From Camelus dromedarius (Eukaryota): 64,000 bases of DNA. The DNA is taken from contig NC_087437.1 of NCBI RefSeq assembly GCF_036321535.1, forward strand, positions 87,856,001 through 87,920,000. Reading direction: 5' to 3'. Both the position numbers and the translations under genes were made by a program. Below are positions 39,160 through 51,452 of the stretch, in pieces (the stretch's first letter is position 1; the number at the start of each line of letters is the position of its first letter). The notes beneath the pieces are model-generated. The model searched no databases. It saw only the letters and a list, made by a program, of their open reading frames with translations, and was not told where the DNA came from.

Positions 39160-41682
39160 GAAAATAAAATAGGAATTGGGGGACAAAGGAAAGAGCAGGG
39201 CTGAACCAAATGGCAGGAGATTGGAGAAACTACTGTTTTGTGGAAAAATTAAGAAAAATACTTAAGTCCCACATAAATCAGAAGTGCATGTGTGAGAGGG
39301 CAAGGAGACTTCTCATCAAAGTTAGTATGGGCAGGAAGTTGGATCCGAAGTAAATTTGATAATTTACGAAAACCTCAGGCACACCAGTGGTCCTCCTACA
39401 AAGAGGGAAATGACAGCTTGTATTCGTCGTATGTAGGTCGTAAAGCCCAGGATGACACTATTTTTCCCCAGAGTTACATGGTTAACATTCATGAAACTTT
39501 CTTTGACCCACAAAATTAAGATTATTAAACTAGATATCTAGGTCCACTTTTAGCTCTTCCATTCCGTGAAACTGAGGTTTTCCAGGAAAAAGCACAGTAA
39601 ATTAACCCCTAGCCCCCAGCCCCAACCTAAAAGCAACAAACTGAGTATAACCCAACTTGAGTTTATTGCTACATCCTTAACTGCTCCCTGTTCCCACTGG
39701 GATCTATGTCTTAATGGAGAAAGGGCAACTCTCCAGCTGTCCCCGTAAGCTTGTTTAAAGTGATTATCACTGAGTGAAAGGGGTATCAGGAGGCAATCAC
39801 AATCAGGAGGTAACTCTCCAAAAGGCAGGGCTCCCGGAATAAAGTCACTCAGCTATGTGAACAGTACACTCTGCTGGCCCTAACCAGTTATTTCTGCCTT
39901 GTAAGTATAATTTTCGTGCCTTGAGTGATTAAATGAATATGAAAGCTGTGTTCTAAAAGGTTAATTATATGGTGCAGGAGTAAATGTTGTATCACTGGCT
40001 CTTTGTTTAACTTAGAATTCTAACACCACTTCTTGAAAATGTAAAAGCTGCATATTTTCCATAACTAATTAACAAAGAAGTTGATTAAAAGTTATGTATT
40101 TCGTCTACTAGATGCAACATCTGGGTGCAGGATTTAAGAATTAAGATAGTTTCCAGGTGAAATGAAACAGATTCTTTAAAGGAAAGAATCTTATACAGCT
40201 ACAATATTTACAGTGCTTTTATCAAGACATTAAAACAGAAGCAGATGCTTCTCTATAATTCTAAAATATTAGTTACACATGGTATAATGCATTGCAGAAA
40301 ACATAATAATAATAATGGATGGTAGTAAGACAAAACAGTTTTCTCCTGAAGTTGGATACAGAACAGATACCAGATATTTTTGAAGTTAAACTTAATACAG
40401 ATGGGACAATCATAAATGTGTTGCAAAGTAAATATCACACTAGAGACATAAGAGAAAGTATCACGAAACATTTTAAGAAATATCAGTGTTGAGGGGGATG
40501 GTATAACACATACACTCATTCTTAATAAGTATGAATTATTTAAAGCATCAATCATGTAACTATTAAAATATTCCTGGTAATGTGCCTATATACTACTTAC
40601 ACTTAGAAGCCTATTCTAACTCCGTTTTGTGGGTTCATGTGATGAAACACCGTATAGCTATGACTGAATTAACAGCTCCGTACTCGAAGCACCTGACCCC
40701 AGTGCTTATTACCAATACAACAAAAATTGAAAAACAGGCGCTGTGCTAAGTGGAAGGAATATAAATACACGATAAACTCTTTTTGCTCTGCACCCTGTGT
40801 AATTCAAGAGAGAACATGCCAGAGGGCAAGGTGATCTCTCATCCAATTCAGCACAGGCAGGAAACTGGGGCAGGAAGTGAACTTGGGAATTCAGAGACAT
40901 CTTGGGCACAGCAATGGTCTTTCCACACAGAATGAAATGGCAATTTGCGGAATTGTCTAGTGGGAAAACAGCTGTAGGTAGGAAAAAGCCCACAATAATG
41001 TGTTAAGGTCCTTGTTTCAGGTATATATAAGGCACCATGGGGGCAGAGACAAAGCAGTTAGGTACCGCTAGAGCTGGATAAGGCTTTACCAAGAAGGAAG
41101 TGATGTTCAAAGAATATTCGGAAAGATGGGGAAGGAGGACATCGTAGGAAAAGCAGACAGAAGAGTTAAGTGAGAGCACAACTTGAAAGAGCAGGATATC
41201 ATCTGTCCCATAAAACCTTCCAAAGCAGTGATTTACCTGTCTGAAGCAAAGCAGCAAAAGAAAAGGAGAGAAGACTGATTATGCCCTTAACACTTCCAAC
41301 ACCTATCAAATATTATGCAGGATTTACAAAGAATCTGTAAGGTGATTTCATGAAATGCCTCCATTCTTGGAAAAAATCTGCCAAGCTCAGCTTCTGCATG
41401 ATTACATTTTGTTCTAGAAGCAAGACAAAATTCCTTTTTGTTTTTCAAACAGAAATATCTTTGATTTCTGATTTGAGAAACAAGAAACATTCATTATAGA
41501 AATATTCACACAACACAGGAAAATATAGAGAAGAAAATGAGATCCAATCTCCTCAAAACAAACACCATTTACATATCGGTGCACAATGTTTTAATATTTG
41601 CAGTGTACGTGTGAATGTATGTTCCTGCCTGATTACAGCCTCAAACTTGTACAAAAAAAAGGTACTACTTGAGTAATCTAGA

Positions 41683-42260
41683 TGTTGGAAAAGGCTGTCT
41701 CCTGTGTGCTGTCTTTGACCCCACTGGGCTGCATAAGAACGGACCTTGGGCTTGGAACACTTCCTTACCAAGAGACGACAGCCTCACAGGGTGGATCACC
41801 TTTTGTGGAACTAGCTTTCCCTATTGTAAGTTCACTGTGTACTCCTTTGTTCTGCTTAAGTGTTGCATCTTATTGTACCTGGCCAACCCCATTACTACAC
41901 CTGTCCTCCATAGGGAGGGGACAAGCTCTTCCACTGGAGCTCGGGAAGGGTGCTTATAGGTAAACTGCCCTGCAGGGGCTGCCTGGAGAGACCTATTGGC
42001 CTTGGGGGATCTTGCTCTGACTCTAAAGCTGATCTTGCTCTGCCTCTTCTCTCTGTAAGTAAAGCCATTGCTCCATCCAGTGCTTGACTGCATTGTATTT
42101 TCCTTGGAGAGCCCAATACCAGGATGCCATGGGCAGAAGTACTTGAACTTCTGTTCCTGATGGTTGGCATTGTGATGCGCTTTGCTATCTTCCATATAGC
42201 TGGAGTCTTCCCCTGGGAATGGCAACCTGTGCATGCATGGTGTTCAGCTCATTACTTTAT
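41683..42260 (+). mobile_element. Old ERVL-class LTR (MER54-like)
   Basis: Starts TGTTGGAAAAGGCTGTCTCC...gtctttgacccc...ggaacacttcctta; family recalled, right end approximate. Confidence 0.5.
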
Positions 42261-43601
42261 ACCCCATGTCAGGCAGTGTCAGCAAATTCCTCCTTGCCCC
42301 ATAAGGTCTAAATAATATTGCCTCAAACCTTCAATCCACACCCTGTTGCTAACCCTTATGTAGAGCCCTACCCCCAAGTTCCTAGTCGTTCTTCTGAGCA
42401 ACTCTGCCTCCAGGCTCCAGCCTTTACATTTTCTTCCTTGTCTGATATCAAACTCAGACCCTTCTTTGAGTTCCACAATAAGGCCCATTTTACACATGCA
42501 TCTGGGACTAGATTAGACTTTACTGAGGATTTATTAGGAAGATTTTAAAAAGAAAAAAACAAGTTTACATCGCAGCAACAACAACATTTGAATCAAATAT
42601 TAAAATCCAAGTTCCCAAATGGATCTTTGGTAAACCCACTACTGGGGAATCTGCACTGGCCTTTAATTGTAAGCAATCCCTTTCTCACAACTTCTCAGTG
42701 GAAATTCAGTCCCCTCACTCCCTTCACTCTCTCTTGCTCCCACATGGTCATGCAGAGCAGATGAAATAGCTCTTCTGATCCTTCAGTTCTCTCCATTCAT
42801 GTCCCAGTTCTTACTTTCCACCCTGAGTGTTCTCACAAAGACAGTTCCTTGCTAAACAAGACAATTGGTGTGGGTGTGTTATTAGTACATGCTGGTTTCA
42901 TATACAGGTAAGTTTATCAGGCATGTCATAATAAGAGATCAACAGCATCGTTTTTAATGACTGCATATTTCACAATTAGTCATTCAACCTATCATGTTTT
43001 ATAGCTATATAATTTTTCAATCTGTCCTTACTTCAATTAACATCTTTGCATAAATATTGCAGATATTTTCTTAGCTTATTTGGAAAGTAGATGAAAATTC
43101 TTACTTGATAAATTCCTGTCCTAAAATAGAGTAGGCAGAGGTTTATTTCTCCAAGTGAAATTATCTGATCAGTCACCTCTGCACACTGATTTTAAAATGT
43201 ACACCTCCCTCATCCTTTTCCCCATACTGAAGAATGTTTTTTAGACCCCAAGGCTAGATCAACCGCCTGTGAAGTACTGATCAGACAGTAGGCTTCTATA
43301 CTACTACTACTTCCATTGAAACACTGGTGATACATATTTCTACAACACTTTAATTAATTTTTTTATTTGAAAATGTGAAACTTTAATAGTGGCACAAACA
43401 TTTAAATACTAACCATGAATTTGTTTAAATGAAATGGAACCCCTTCTATTTAGAATGGTAAATTGATCTTCTTAAATGTCAACCATTATCAATCCCTGCT
43501 TAATCTAGGCGTGGGTTTTTCAAGGTCTAACTTGCTTTCCTCATTTTTTTCCAAAAACACAGAACTTTTAGGGCCAACCTTAGCATTTCTATTAAACAAT
43601 C

Positions 43602-43705
43602 TGTATCAGTCAAGCTTCTCCAGAGAAAAAGAACCTATAGGCAATATACATAAATATTCTTAAAGATAGATGGATGGATAGATAGATAGATAGATAGATA
43701 GATAA
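43602..43705 (-). mobile_element. MLT2 LTR end plus (GATA)n
   Basis: tgtatcagtcaagcttctccagagaaaaagaacctatagg is the reverse complement of the MLT2 end at ~36222-36260. Confidence 0.7.
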
Positions 43706-44159
43706 TCCTAACTTCTTCAGAAGTCATTAGAGATCCCATACCTACCTCTCCATATTCACTTTTGTTATTTGTTTAGGAATGTTCACTTTTCACATTCCTC
43801 TTTAAACACAGGGTGCAAATTTTAAATAATCAAAACACATTACAGTTAATAAATAATGATTATATGTGTTCTTTAAGTTCAATACAGAAACTTCAGAGAA
43901 AATTGTTTGATAGAATTAATGTTTGTTTCTTTCCAATACTATCCCAGCCAGCCTCCTAATTCTTTCTGATTTTGAAACGTCTATTTCATAAAGAGGCTTT
44001 GTAGAAAAACATTGAGTCTGTTTTAAATTTTTGTGGACCAAATGCCTCAAAGAAGTTTGCTAAAAACTGTTAATACAATTATGATTTCCTAGGTACCACA
44101 CCCCCAAAATCGAAAGAAGCATCCCTTCATCAATTACTCATAATTAGTTCCAGGATCCA

Positions 44160-44660
44160 CAGTCATCTCAAATCTAACATGGCCAAAATTAAATCAGTCT
44201 CCTCCCTCCTCATCCTTACTCCTTTCCAGTGTTCCCATGTTATGAAATGCACCACCACTTACATTTGACCAAGGAAGAAAACTAAAAACTGCCCTGAATT
44301 CTGCCTTTCCCTTACCACCATACTCAATCACTCAATCAGTCACCAATAAATGCTGGTTACACTACTTCAAGAGCCCAAATCTGTCCTCTTTCTGTAATCC
44401 CACAGTTACTGTCTTAGTTCAGGTCTTCACTGTCTTCATTGCACTTGGCCTTCTTGCCTCTATACTTAATGCACTTTCCCCATCCCATCTCCCATCCATT
44501 CCCCAGTCAACAGCAAAGGCGATTTTTCAAAAAAATCAAAAGCTAAAAGAACAAATAAGCAATGCAGTCAGAACATGAAATTCTATTTAAAAGTCTTGAA
44601 TTGTTCTCTATTTTCCACAGAATCAAGTCCAAGTTCTTCAATATGGAGAGAAACTCCCCT
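44160..44660 (+). mobile_element. L2 fragment
   Basis: catctcaaatctaacatggccaaaatt...aatcagtcacca...aatcaagtccaag. Confidence 0.7.
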
Positions 44661-44893
44661 ATAACTTTGCCACCACATCTTCAGTCTCAACATTTATTAC
44701 TATCCATTTCTATTCTTGATCTACCATTATAGAGAAACCTGTGGCCAAAGATCAGGAATGACTCCTTTATCCTTTCAGACTCTAAAATAAATAAATGATC
44801 CTATTTATAAGCAAAAATTTAAATAAGTATGTTGGTAAAACTTTTGCCAACCAAGCCCTTTATTTTATATACAAGATAGCCTTAAGTAATAGG

Positions 44894-45007
44894 GTTTTTT
44901 TTGGTTTAGTTTAGTTTAGTTTAGTTTTTTCATTGAAGTATAGTCAGTTACAATGTGTCAGTTTCTGGTATGCAGCATAATGTCCCAGTCATGTGTGTAT
45001 ATATATA

Positions 45008-45057
<50 letters not shown>

Positions 45058-45272
45058 CACACACATATATTTGTTTTCATATTCTTTTTCATTAAAGGTT
45101 ATTACAAGATAGTGAATATATTTTCCAGTGCTATACAGAAGAAATTTGATTTGATCTATTTTTATATATAGTGGTTAACATTTGCAAATCTCAAACACCC
45201 AAATTTATCCCTTCCCACTATTTTCCTGCGGAAACCATAAGATTGTTTACTATGTCTGCGAGTCTGTTTCTG
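44894..45272 (-). mobile_element. 5'-truncated lineage-specific L1
   Basis: L1 3' UTR; tail degenerated to (TTTAG)n; TSD TTAAGTAATAGG at 44882 and 45273; TT/AAAA target on -. Confidence 0.9.
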
Positions 45273-45404
45273 TTAAGTAATAGGTTTTAAATGACTGCTT
45301 TCTCGGTCTACTTATTTAGTAATTTTTTTTCTTACATTATTTCAAAAGTCAAAAGTGAAGTTATCACTTCCTCTTACATCATCTTAAAAGAGGTAGACTA
45401 AGAA

Positions 45405-45820
45405 TGTTGGTTCACAACTGGAGGAGTTTCCTGGTAAAATCTGAAACTGGCCCTGTACACAAGAGGGCAAGGAGAGACTGAAGAAAGAGACAGCCACTCC
45501 AGAATGGTAGGTGGTATAATAATTTAATAAGCAAGAGAACTTACATATGAGGCTTGTCTTGGGTGGCTGTAGGACAAGTAGATTCCCACATCTGCCCACC
45601 AGATTCTTAAAAGTTTACTTAGAGGCCTTAACTGGGTTCAGTCACATGTACCATCCAGATGATCTCAACTACACATTGCTCTCTCAAGGCTGCATCCTTC
45701 AAAACAATTCCCACTGTGGGAACTGTGGGCAGAACTTTCATTTTAAGGACAGGGGAGGGGTGTGAGGTCCAGCTCACAGGTCAACCGGCAGCCATGTCCT
45801 CTGGATGACCTCCTCCATCA
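45405..45820 (-). mobile_element. Solo ERV LTR, family unassigned
   Basis: TG...CA termini, flanks AAGAA/AAGAG, ATTAAA-like signal on -. Confidence 0.55.
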
Positions 45821-46898
45821 AAGAGATATTCTCCACCTGCGTATTGCCTCCAACAAGGTCTTAAGTGAATTTTCTCCATGTAGTATTCCAATTCTCCTGA
45901 GCAGGTATGTGGTCTCAGAACTGAGGTGCAAAAAAAGGGATGTCTTTGAGGTTCTCCCTGGTAGTACTACCACATGGAATTATTTCATCTTGTTAACAAA
46001 AGCATTTAATTTACACTTGAAGATTAGATACATAATATATGTAATTATATATATATAGAGAGAGAGACTGCTGACATTTAGAACCTATTATAGCAAGTTT
46101 TTAAATGGGAGATTGTATTTAAATTTTCTAGTAATTAATTTGTATTGTACTTTACAAAAGTATCAGTCCAAGACAGAATGGACATATAGACATAAAAAAT
46201 AAAAAAGCAAAGACCTGGATTTCACCGTCGATAATTTGAGAAGCTCTGTTCTAGCACACTTTTTAACTCTGCCAACACACCAAACATGTAAAGTCTGGCT
46301 TTGTGTCTACCCAACTAGCATTAGCATTTGTTCAATCTACTGATGAACCTCTCCAGGATGATTTCTTCTGTAGGTGAGTGCAGTCTCATATGGCCCGGTG
46401 TCTCCCACAGATACTTTCCTAGTGTCTTATTAGGTGCTGTATATTACAGGAGTCCAGTCCTGGCCTCTCACAGATAGCCCATCTCAGAAGGGGTGATCAG
46501 TGTTGATCAGACTGCCCCCCACCACTGCAGAAGAGCTTACCAACATGTAGTAAATTGTGTCATTTCCCACCAAGAGGAATGGTATTAAATTCCAAGTTCT
46601 ATATACTCCCAGTAGGGACAATTCAGTGGAATGAATCTGTAACTCTAGCCTGAAAAGCAATAGTCATCATCACAAATAATAGCATTAGACAATCTATTCT
46701 TAAAAAGAAAAAAATTAAAAAAATTTTTTTCATTCTAAATGACTGCTGAGTCTTATTTATTCTCATGTACCCACTCAACTACCTACATCATACTGCTAGG
46801 TTCTCTTGCCTTTACTTCCCCCTTTTCTGGCTTTACTGCCCAGTAGTTAAACCTCTCAATTGGATTAAAGAGAATTTTTGCTTTTATTAAATCTTTCT

Positions 46899-49800
46899 GG
46901 GGATATCACCAAGATGACAACATAGGAGGCTCCTAAATTCCCCTCCACGGATGCACCAAATATACAGCTACACAAGAATTAATTCCCTGCAGAGAAATCG
47001 GAAAACTACTTGGGTGGTTCCTACACATCGGGTGAATGAGAAAATTCATTCACGAAGGCTGAGATACGCTCTCACCATAAACCCACCTCTGGCACAGTGC
47101 CTGGAGGTCCCCGCCTGAAGGCTCTAGAGAATAAGCCATGGGCAATCAACTCCCAGATTCTCACTGGGGAGCAAAAGGTTTGGACCCCATATCTAGTGTT
47201 CCAACTTTTAAGTCTGCCGCCAGGGGACTAGCCCCCAAATCAGCCAGCATCACAAGTCCCACAGGACCATAGGAAACAAAGAAGCAGTTGTTACAGGCAG
47301 GAGGCAGGAGAACTCTCCACCTGGCTATCCCCACCAGGCTCCGTGCAGAGGCAGTAGACAAATCTCCCTCTCCCAGTTTTTAACCTGAAGGGGTTTGACT
47401 ACATATTTCTCCAGATGTTGCCTGAGGGTCTAGTTTCTAATTAGCCGGCAACAAAGTACTAACTGAAATCCTCCCCAGAGCCCAAAAGAGCAGGTGGGTG
47501 CTTCCCCCACCTTTCCCTCTGGCCCGCTCTGATGAAAAAATCAAGCCTCCAGCTTCATTCTAGAAGGAAGGAGTTTGTCCACACATCTAATGCCCCAACT
47601 TTTATAGTCAGCACCCAAGGGATGGGTCCCCAAGTCGCCCAGCTCTGACAGTCAAAAGGGCTTGCATTCTTAAGTTCCATGGAACTAGAGCAAACTAAGA
47701 AGCAGTTGTCAAATGGACTCATGAACCCTCCCCACAGCTATTTCCCCTGGACTAAGCAACAAGAGAGCAGGCAAAAACAACCAGCTCCCAGTTCTCCCCC
47801 CCCCAGGGGGTCTGACTGCGTGCTCTCCCAGCTGCTGCTTGCAGGCCAGGGGGCACGCCCCGCTTCCTCCCTCTGCTCGCTCCGACAATAAAGCCCGGTC
47901 ACCTGCTCCTCCCTGGCCCCTTTTGCTGCTACCACCCAAGGGATAAGCCCTCAAATTCCTTAGCTCTGACAGCCAACAAGGCTCAGTACTCCTAAGTCCC
48001 ACAGGACCATATTAAACACAACAAGCAGTTTTCACATGGGCACTCACGTACTTCCTACAGGTACCCCCCTGAGCTCAATGCAGAGGAAGCAGACAAAGTG
48101 CCCATCGCCCACTCTCTCTGTGGAAGGGGGAAGGGATCTGACTGCATACATTCCCAGCTGCTGCCTGAGGTTCTGGCTTCCAACTAGCCTGGTGAGGAAG
48201 CTGACAAGGATCCTCCCAGGACAGAGCTGGTAGGCACAGCAGCCTCTGTCTGCTCCTCCTCACTAACTCCAACAGTAAAACCAAGTATCAGGCTTCTTCC
48301 TGGGAAGAGCTTGTCCACACATTTAGCACCCCAACTCTTACAACTCCCCTGTCCACCTGAAGGACTGGCTTTAAAATGACCGAGCTCTGGGAGCTAACGG
48401 AACTCGGCATTCATGAATTCCCTGGAATTACAAAAAGCAAAGAGGCAGTTCTATTTGGGTGCACAAGCTCTCCCAGCAACTAGTCCCTCTATCTCAGCAC
48501 AAAGAACGTTAACAAAAACACCCAGCTCCAATTTCTCCCTTATAGGAGCTAGACTATACATGTAATGTTCTGACTTCCCCAGCTGCCACCTGAAGACAGG
48601 ACTTCGAATTAGCAGCTTTGCCATGTTTATTTGGTCAGTGTTTTGGCAAAGCTGCTGAGAATATACAGTGAAAAAAAATAGTCGCTTACATAAATAGTGC
48701 CGGGAAAACTGGATATTCACATGCAAAAGAATGAAACTTTCCCCTATCTTACATCATACACAAATCACCCAAAATGGATTAAAGACCTGAATGTAAGTGA
48801 ACCATAAAACTCCTAGAAGAAAACATAGGCAGTAAGTTCCTGATATCAGTCTTGCCAATGATTTTTTTTTGATTTGACATCAAAAGTAAAGGCAATAAAA
48901 GCAAAAATTAACAAGTGGGACTACATCAAACTAAAAAAGCTTCTGCACAGCAAAGGAAGCTATTAACAATATGAAAGTCAATTGTGGAATGGGGGAAAAT
49001 ATTTGCAAACCACATATCCAATAAGAAGTTAATACCCACACTATACAAGTCAACTGCAAAACACCAAATAATCCAATTTTAAAAATTGGCGAAGTACCTT
49101 AATAGACATTTTTGCAAAAAAGACACCCAAGTGGCCAACAGGCACGTGAAAAGGTACTTAACATCACTAATCATCAGGGAAATGCAAACCAAAACCCCAA
49201 TGAGGTATCACCTCACACTTGTTAGAATGTCTGTTATCAAAAAGATAAGAGATAACAAATGCTGGCAAGAATGTGGAATAAAGGGGTCACCTGTACACTG
49301 TTGGTGGGAATGTAAACTGTTACAGCCACTATGGAAAACAGTATAAAGTTTCCTCAAAAAATTAAAAATAGAACTGCCATATGATCCAACCATCACACTT
49401 CCATTCAAAAAAAACAAAATCACTATCTTGGAAAAATATCTGAACTCCCACATTCATTGCAGCATTATTTACAAGTCAAGGTATGGAAACAACCTAAGTG
49501 TGTGTTGAGAAATGAATGGATAAAGAAAATGTGATATTTGTATACAATGGAATATTGCTTAGCCTTAAAAAGGAAATAAATCTTGCAATTTGCAACAACC
49601 TGGAGGAAACTGGAAGACATTATGCTAAGTGAAATAAGCCAGAGAAACAGACAAATACTACATAGTATCACTTATATGTGGAATCTAAAGAAGAAAATCA
49701 TACTCATCCAGTAGAATGGTGGTTGCCAGGAGCTGTGGGGTGGGGGAAATAAGAAGAAGGTGGTAAACTGATACAAACTTTCAGTTATAACAGGAATAAG

Positions 49801-50040
49801 GTCTGAGGATCTAATATATAACATGGTGACTATAGTTGATAATACTGTGCTATATAACTGAATTTGCTAAAAGAGTGAAACTTAAATGCTCTCACTAAAA
49901 AAAAAAAAGGTAAATATGTGAGGTGATGGATGTGTTCATTAACTTGATTATGGAAATCCTTTCACAATATACATGTATATCAAATCATCACATTATACAC
50001 CTTAAATATATTACAATTTTATTTGTCAAATAAATGAATA
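46899..50040 (+). mobile_element. L1 (L1MA9-like 3' end) with 5' UTR joined directly to distal ORF2
   Basis: 5' end GGGG...AAGATG; repeated 5' UTR units to ~48610; ORF2 C-terminal remnant (ORF 49086: LNRHF...TPMRYHLT...HCWWECKLLQPLWKTV); 3' UTR; CTTTCTGG on both flanks. Confidence 0.82.
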
Positions 50041-51011
50041 TACCTTTCTGGTAATTATTAAAGATATAAATTTCTGTCCTTCTTTAATCAGTGATTTTAC
50101 ATCCAATTGTTACCCTGGATTTTTAACAACAATGCATTAACTGCTTTTATGTTATTTTTTTAAATTAACAGCTCTTTTCAAATCCATTAAAGAAGGCAAA
50201 TTGATCTCCATCTCTTTGTGTTTTAAAAAAAATTTTTTTAAGTAAGTTCCAGAATGTCTAACGTCCATTTTATGACCAAGTATACTAGGATATCTGGCCC
50301 ATTTATTGCCAAATGTCACTTGTGTTCAATTTTTCTACCCCATAAGACTATCTATCATGAAGGAATGTAATGAAAGAGATAGCACCATTAATTTACCTCC
50401 AAATGAAAATCCAGAGATTTATTCTGATTGTACCAACTTAGGTCCCATGCCCACAACTAAAGCAGAAAGATGGAATGCAATCATTAACTTAACATCAGCT
50501 TCACCCAAACATCACTGTCTACAAATCAGCACTAAGAAAAGTGTGGAGACAATTAGATGCTAGGGAGGCAATCAGATAATATCTGCTACTCAAATATTTC
50601 CTAAATATGGACTGTAAGTATCTTGAGAGCAGGTACATGTCTAATTCACTATCATATTTCCAGATCATGATACAGAGCATGTAACATTGTAGGCCCTCTA
50701 TAAATAAATATCTTATATTATGTAGGTGTGCAAGTGCGTATGGATGGATAGATGAATAATGAAATAATGAGAATAATTATCTCTATCCCTGACAAATGCT
50801 TTTTAAAAACCTAGGATAAAAGGACTTGATAAATCATGTTTCAGCAGTATAATTAATAAACCTTCTTGACTGCTAGGAGAAAATAATCAAAATGGTATTT
50901 TCCGTATGTAAGTTTAGACGTAAGTAAATTTAGAATTAATGTCCCAACTTAATGGTTTATATAGGTTAAGATTAGCTGAGGTCATAGTCCATGATCCTAC
51001 TTACACCTTAC

Positions 51012-51452
51012 CTTGTATTACAGTCTTTTACTTGATTATCAGTCAAATGTCTAAGCAAGAGACATGAACCGTACCTTAGAACATCCTGTGGTGAATTAAG
51101 TGGTTTCCCTACATGAATGCCTTCAGCAGAAAATATCCTGTCTCTGTGATGAAGGAAGGATCACATATGAGGAAGATCACTGGTGTATTCTGGCTGATGG
51201 TTGATTTTAATCGTCATGAGACTATGTATTATATAGGCAATTCCATTTTTACTAGAGGATCAAACTTCAGTTAGATAACTAGATAATTGGCCAAACAAGA
51301 TTTCTCTGGGCCACGTTCAGGACCTCATATATCCTCCAGTAACTTCAGATATCGGGAGCCAGAGAAAATGCGTGTGTGGTGAGTATAACGCTCTTTTCTC
51401 CTTAAGGTCTCATTAAAACTGAGACCCTGGTGAATATTGTGGTAACGTTCAT
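51012..51452 (-). ncRNA. Possible exon of a minus-strand lncRNA
   Basis: Acceptor gtattctttttgatatag| at 51453 and donor AAG|GTAAGG at 51011; unique-looking sequence; splice motifs only. Confidence 0.2.

Noticed and set aside
41669..42548. Cluster of ORFs on both strands
   Set aside because: Largely overlaps an old LTR; no gag/pol/env motifs
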